From: an uncultured Chloroflexia bacterium
Lineage (GTDB): Bacteria > Chloroflexota > Dehalococcoidia > DSTF01 > WHTK01
Length of the DNA stretch: 64,000 nt
NCBI GenBank assembly: GCA_963732945.1
Contig: CAVTBL010000017.1
Coordinates: forward strand, 324,224 to 388,223
Direction of reading: 5' to 3'
Position numbers and translations under genes: made by a program. The notes under the pieces were generated by a model, which was not told the DNA's origin, ran no database searches, and saw nothing but the letters and a program-made list of their open reading frames with translations. Numbering within the stretch: position 1 is the first letter of the stretch; each line of letters begins with the position of its first letter. Below are positions 60,792-64,000 of the stretch, one piece after another.

Positions 60792-62471
60792 ATGGCCGTA
60801 TTCGAGCACGATGTCCTGATAATTGGCGCCGGACTCGCCGGCATGCGCGCCGGTCTGGCCGCGCAGGCCGCCGGTGCGGACGTGGCGATCATCTCCAAGG
60901 TGCACCCGGTGCGCAGCCACTCCAACGCTGCGCAGGGCGGCATCAACGCGGCGGTCGACCCGACCGACTCGTGGGAAGACCACGCTTACGACACGGTAAA
61001 GGGCAGCGACTACCTGGGCGACCAGGACGCGATCGAGGTGCTGTGCTCCGAGGCCGGCGGCGAGGTCATCGAGCTCGAGCACATGGGCGTGATCTTCCAC
61101 CGCGACGAGACGGGGCACCTGGGCTCGCGCGCCTTCGGCGGCCAGCAGCGCGCCCGCACCTACTTCGTCGGTGACATCACGGGCCAGGCGCTGCTGCACG
61201 TCATGTACGAGCAGCTGATCAAGCACGGCCTGCGCATCTACGAAGAGTGGTTCGTGCTTGACCTCATCGTCGAGGACGGCATGTGCAAGGGCTGCGTGGC
61301 GATGGACATTCGCACCGGCCAGATCCACGTGATCGGCGCCAAGTCCGTGATCATCTGCACCGGCGGCGCCGGCCGCGTCTTCGAGCCGAGCACCAACGCC
61401 CTGATTTGCACCGGCGACGGCCTGACTCTGGCCTACCGCGCCGGCGCGGTGTGCATGGACATGGAGATGGTGCAGTTCCACCCGACGACCCTCAAGGGCT
61501 CGGGCGTACTGATTACCGAGGGTGCTCGCGGTGAAGGCGCCTACCTGCTGAACGGCGCCGGCGAGCGCTTCATGGAGAAAACCGCTCCCAACATGATGGA
61601 GCTGGCCAGCCGCGACGTCGTGTCGCGCGCCGAGCAGATCGAAATCAACGAAGGGCGCGGCGTCGACGGCTGCGTGTTCCTCGACATGCGCCACCTGGGC
61701 ATGGACATCATCCGCGAGCGCCTGTGGCAGATTCGCGAGATCGGCATCGACTTCGCCGGCGTCGACATCGTCGAAGAGCCGATTCCGATTCTGCCCGGCA
61801 TGCACTACATCATGGGCGGCATCAAGACAGACGTCTGGGGCCGCACCAACGTCCCGGGCCTCTACGCCGCCGGCGAGACGGCCTGCGTCAGCGTTCACGG
61901 CGCCAACCGCCTCGGCGCGAACTCGCTGCTCGACACCATCGTGTTCGGCAAGCGCTCCGGCATGGACGCCTCCGAGCGCGCCCGCACCGAGAACGTGCGC
62001 ATGCCCGACGAGCGCTTCGCGGGGCCGGTCGAGAAGCACCTCGCGGCGCTGCTGGCGCGTCCGACCACGCCGGACCGCATCGCCAACGTGCGCATCGACA
62101 TGGGCCGCACGATGAACGAGAAGGTGCAGGTCTTCCGCGAGGAGGAGCAGCTGAAGTCGGCGCTCGCCGACGTGAAGGCTCTGAAGAAGCGCTACGAGTC
62201 CGTCGGCGTCGAGTCGAAGGGCAAGGTGTTCAACACGGACCTGCTGTTCCACATCGAGCTCGGGTTCATGCTGGACACGGCGGAGATGATTTGCGCATCG
62301 GCGATTCAGCGCAAGGAGAGTCGCGGCGCGCACTACCGCACCGACTACGACAAGCGCGACGACGAGAACTGGATGCACCACATCACGTGCACCTACGCGG
62401 CCAACGGGCCGGAGTTGGGCACTGCGCCGGTCACGATTACACGTTGGGAGCCACAGGAAAGGAAGTACTGA
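60792..62471 (+). CDS. sdhA: succinate dehydrogenase/fumarate reductase flavoprotein subunit
   Basis: ..VLIIGAGLAGMRA..SHSNAAQGGINAA.. (covalent-FAD His region) and ..HPTT..RGEGA.. Confidence 0.95.
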   Translation: MAVFEHDVLIIGAGLAGMRAGLAAQAAGADVAIISKVHPVRSHSNAAQGGINAAVDPTDSWEDHAYDTVKGSDYLGDQDAIEVLCSEAGGEVIELEHMGVIFHRDETGHLGSRAFGGQQRARTYFVGDITGQALLHVMYEQLIKHGLRIYEEWFVLDLIVEDGMCKGCVAMDIRTGQIHVIGAKSVIICTGGAGRVFEPSTNALICTGDGLTLAYRAGAVCMDMEMVQFHPTTLKGSGVLITEGARGEGAYLLNGAGERFMEKTAPNMMELASRDVVSRAEQIEINEGRGVDGCVFLDMRHLGMDIIRERLWQIREIGIDFAGVDIVEEPIPILPGMHYIMGGIKTDVWGRTNVPGLYAAGETACVSVHGANRLGANSLLDTIVFGKRSGMDASERARTENVRMPDERFAGPVEKHLAALLARPTTPDRIANVRIDMGRTMNEKVQVFREEEQLKSALADVKALKKRYESVGVESKGKVFNTDLLFHIELGFMLDTAEMICASAIQRKESRGAHYRTDYDKRDDENWMHHITCTYAANGPELGTAPVTITRWEPQERKY

Positions 62472-62474
62472 CCG

Positions 62475-63431
62475 ATGGATGTGAAGCTCAAGGTCAAACG
62501 CTTCGACCCTGAAGGCGGCGCTGAGCCCACCTATCAGAACTACGAAGTGGAGATGCCGCCGAACTCTACGGTGCTCGACACTTTGATCGAGGTGCGCGAG
62601 TACCACGACGGCACGCTGTCGCTGCGCTGCTCCTGCCGCAGCTCGATCTGCGGCTCCTGCGCCATGCGGATCAACGGCAAGGCGCGACTGGCCTGCAAGA
62701 CCCAGGTCAGCAGCGTCGCCAAGGACGGCGAAGAGATCGTGATCGAGCCGGCGGGCAACATGCCGGTGATCAAGGACCTCGTCGTCGACATGGCGCCGTT
62801 CTGGAGCAAGATCCGCGCCGTCGACCCGTGGCTGAAGCCCGAAGGTCCGGCGCCGGAGCGCGAATACCTCGTGCCCAACGAGGCGATGTCCAACCTCACC
62901 GAGGTCATGAACTGCATCATGTGCGGCGCCTGCGTCTCCGACTGCACGGTGCTCGAGGTCGACAAGTCGTTCCTGGGGCCGGCCGCGCTGGCCAAGGCGT
63001 ACCGCTTCGTCGGCGACCCGCGCGACGAGGCCGAGATGGGGCGCCTGCGCAAGTACAGCGACCCGTCCGGCATGTGGGACTGCACCCGCTGCAACTACTG
63101 CGTCGAGGTCTGCCCCAAGGACGTGAAGCCGATGGAGCAGATCCTGAAGCTGCGCTCCACCGCCGTGCACGACAACATCAAGAACAACAACGGCAGCCGC
63201 CACACGCTGGCGTTCGTCGAGCTGGTGGACGCCAACGGCCGCCTGGACGAGTTCCGGCTGCCGGTGTACACCGAGGGCAAGTTCAACTTCATCGGCCAGC
63301 TGGCCTACCTGCCGAGCGCGCCTCGCATGCTCAAGGCCGGCAAGATGCCGCCGTTCCGCCCGCACAAGATCTCCGGTATCAAGCACGTCAAGCGGATCTT
63401 CAAGTTCTTCGACAAGAAAGCGAGCCACTAA
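62475..63431 (+). CDS. sdhB: succinate dehydrogenase/fumarate reductase iron-sulfur subunit (non-classical, extra Cys, C-terminal extension)
   Basis: CRSSICGSCAM (2Fe-2S), CIMCGACVSDC (4Fe-4S), and CTRCNYCVEVCP (CxxCxxCxxxCP in place of the usual 3Fe-4S motif). A roughly 70-aa basic C-terminal tail follows. Confidence 0.9.
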   Translation: MDVKLKVKRFDPEGGAEPTYQNYEVEMPPNSTVLDTLIEVREYHDGTLSLRCSCRSSICGSCAMRINGKARLACKTQVSSVAKDGEEIVIEPAGNMPVIKDLVVDMAPFWSKIRAVDPWLKPEGPAPEREYLVPNEAMSNLTEVMNCIMCGACVSDCTVLEVDKSFLGPAALAKAYRFVGDPRDEAEMGRLRKYSDPSGMWDCTRCNYCVEVCPKDVKPMEQILKLRSTAVHDNIKNNNGSRHTLAFVELVDANGRLDEFRLPVYTEGKFNFIGQLAYLPSAPRMLKAGKMPPFRPHKISGIKHVKRIFKFFDKKASH

Positions 63432-64000
63432 ATGCGATACGCGTTCTGGCCGGGTTGCGTCTCCAAGGGCGCCGCACCGGAGCTGTATCAGTCGATGGTG
63501 AAGGTCGCGCCTGAGCTCGGTATCGAGCTCGAGGAGCTGTACGACGGCAACTGCACCGGCGCCGGCGTAATCAGCGAGCACAGCCTGGAGACGGCGGACG
63601 CGCTCAACGCGCGCAACTTCGCGATGGCTCAGCGCCTGGACCTGCCGCTGATCAACATCTGCAGCACCTGCCAGGGTGTGCAGTCGATGGCGCAGGACCG
63701 CATGAAGAAGCGCCCCGACCTGGCCCACCAGGTCAACCTGGCGCTGGCCGACGAGGGCCTGCACTACGACGCCGAGAAGGGCCTCGAGGTCAAGAACTTC
63801 CTCTGGGTGCTCGTCGAGGACATCGGTCTCGACAAGCTGAAGAGCATGGTGAAGAAGCCGCTGACCGGCCTCAAGGTGGGTCCGTTCTACGGCTGCTACA
63901 TCCTGCGCCCGGAAGCGGTGCTCGGCTTCGACGACCACCCGGACCGCGACAAGTACCTCGAATACGTGATCGAGGCGCTCGGCTGCACGCTGATCACCTA
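63432..64000 (+). CDS. HdrB-like (CCG-domain) subunit of type-E succinate:quinone oxidoreductase, partial
   Basis: Absent from the ORF track because no stop lies in the window. ATG at 63432 directly follows the sdhB TAA. MRYAFWPGCVSKGAAPELY..ICSTCQGV..VGPFYGCYILRP.. are cysteine-rich CCG-type motifs. Confidence 0.75.
   Translation, partial: MRYAFWPGCVSKGAAPELYQSMVKVAPELGIELEELYDGNCTGAGVISEHSLETADALNARNFAMAQRLDLPLINICSTCQGVQSMAQDRMKKRPDLAHQVNLALADEGLHYDAEKGLEVKNFLWVLVEDIGLDKLKSMVKKPLTGLKVGPFYGCYILRPEAVLGFDDHPDRDKYLEYVIEALGCTLIT

Noticed and set aside
60720-63938. 1072-aa minus-strand ORF, the longest ORF in the window
   Set aside because: It is an exact antisense shadow of sdhA, sdhB and the HdrB-like gene. 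Its composition is dominated by Ala/Arg/Val/Gly/Asp/His, and no family is recognisable. The plus-strand genes have unmistakable cofactor motifs.

Overview
Gene-dense, high-GC chromosomal segment (G+C judged by eye, not computed). I found no rRNA, tRNA or CRISPR array. Long mirror-image antisense ORFs are common and were discounted.

Main content:
- Oxidative catabolism with many paralogs: 2 LLM flavin oxidoreductases, a Baeyer-Villiger monooxygenase, 2 Rieske oxygenases, TauD, an intradiol dioxygenase, 2 VOC proteins, 2 MDR dehydrogenases, an SDR, a family III CoA-transferase, and 3 MetE-like proteins.
- Transport: a family-5 solute-binding protein with two permeases, and a second solute-binding protein.
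- Regulators: an ECF41-like sigma factor, TetR, MarR, GntR, and a PAS histidine kinase next to a fused response regulator/thioredoxin reductase.
- Housekeeping: clpS-clpA, and a type-E-like succinate dehydrogenase (sdhA, sdhB and an HdrB-like subunit that runs off the right edge).

The gene repertoire, the Ser/Gly/Asn-rich lipoprotein linkers and the REP-like hairpins suggest a Chloroflexota-like organism. This is inference only.

The most unusual region is a co-directional minus-strand locus at 32.6-37.7 kb. It is built around a SipW/Sec11-type signal peptidase. It also holds a small secreted protein, two membrane proteins, an RTX-like beta-roll protein with an N-terminal signal, an orphan REC-like protein and a sedolisin. 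It looks like a secreted fibre or matrix system with unrecognisable cargo.

That locus carries about ten reading-frame disruptions in 3 kb. At least seven otherwise well-conserved genes elsewhere in the window each carry a single +/-1 indel, several of them at short homopolymers. These are either consensus errors or genuine gene decay.

A lower-GC islet at 13.6-16.6 kb holds an IS110-like remnant and a Nox-like ferric reductase translationally coupled to a membrane-anchored cytochrome b5.
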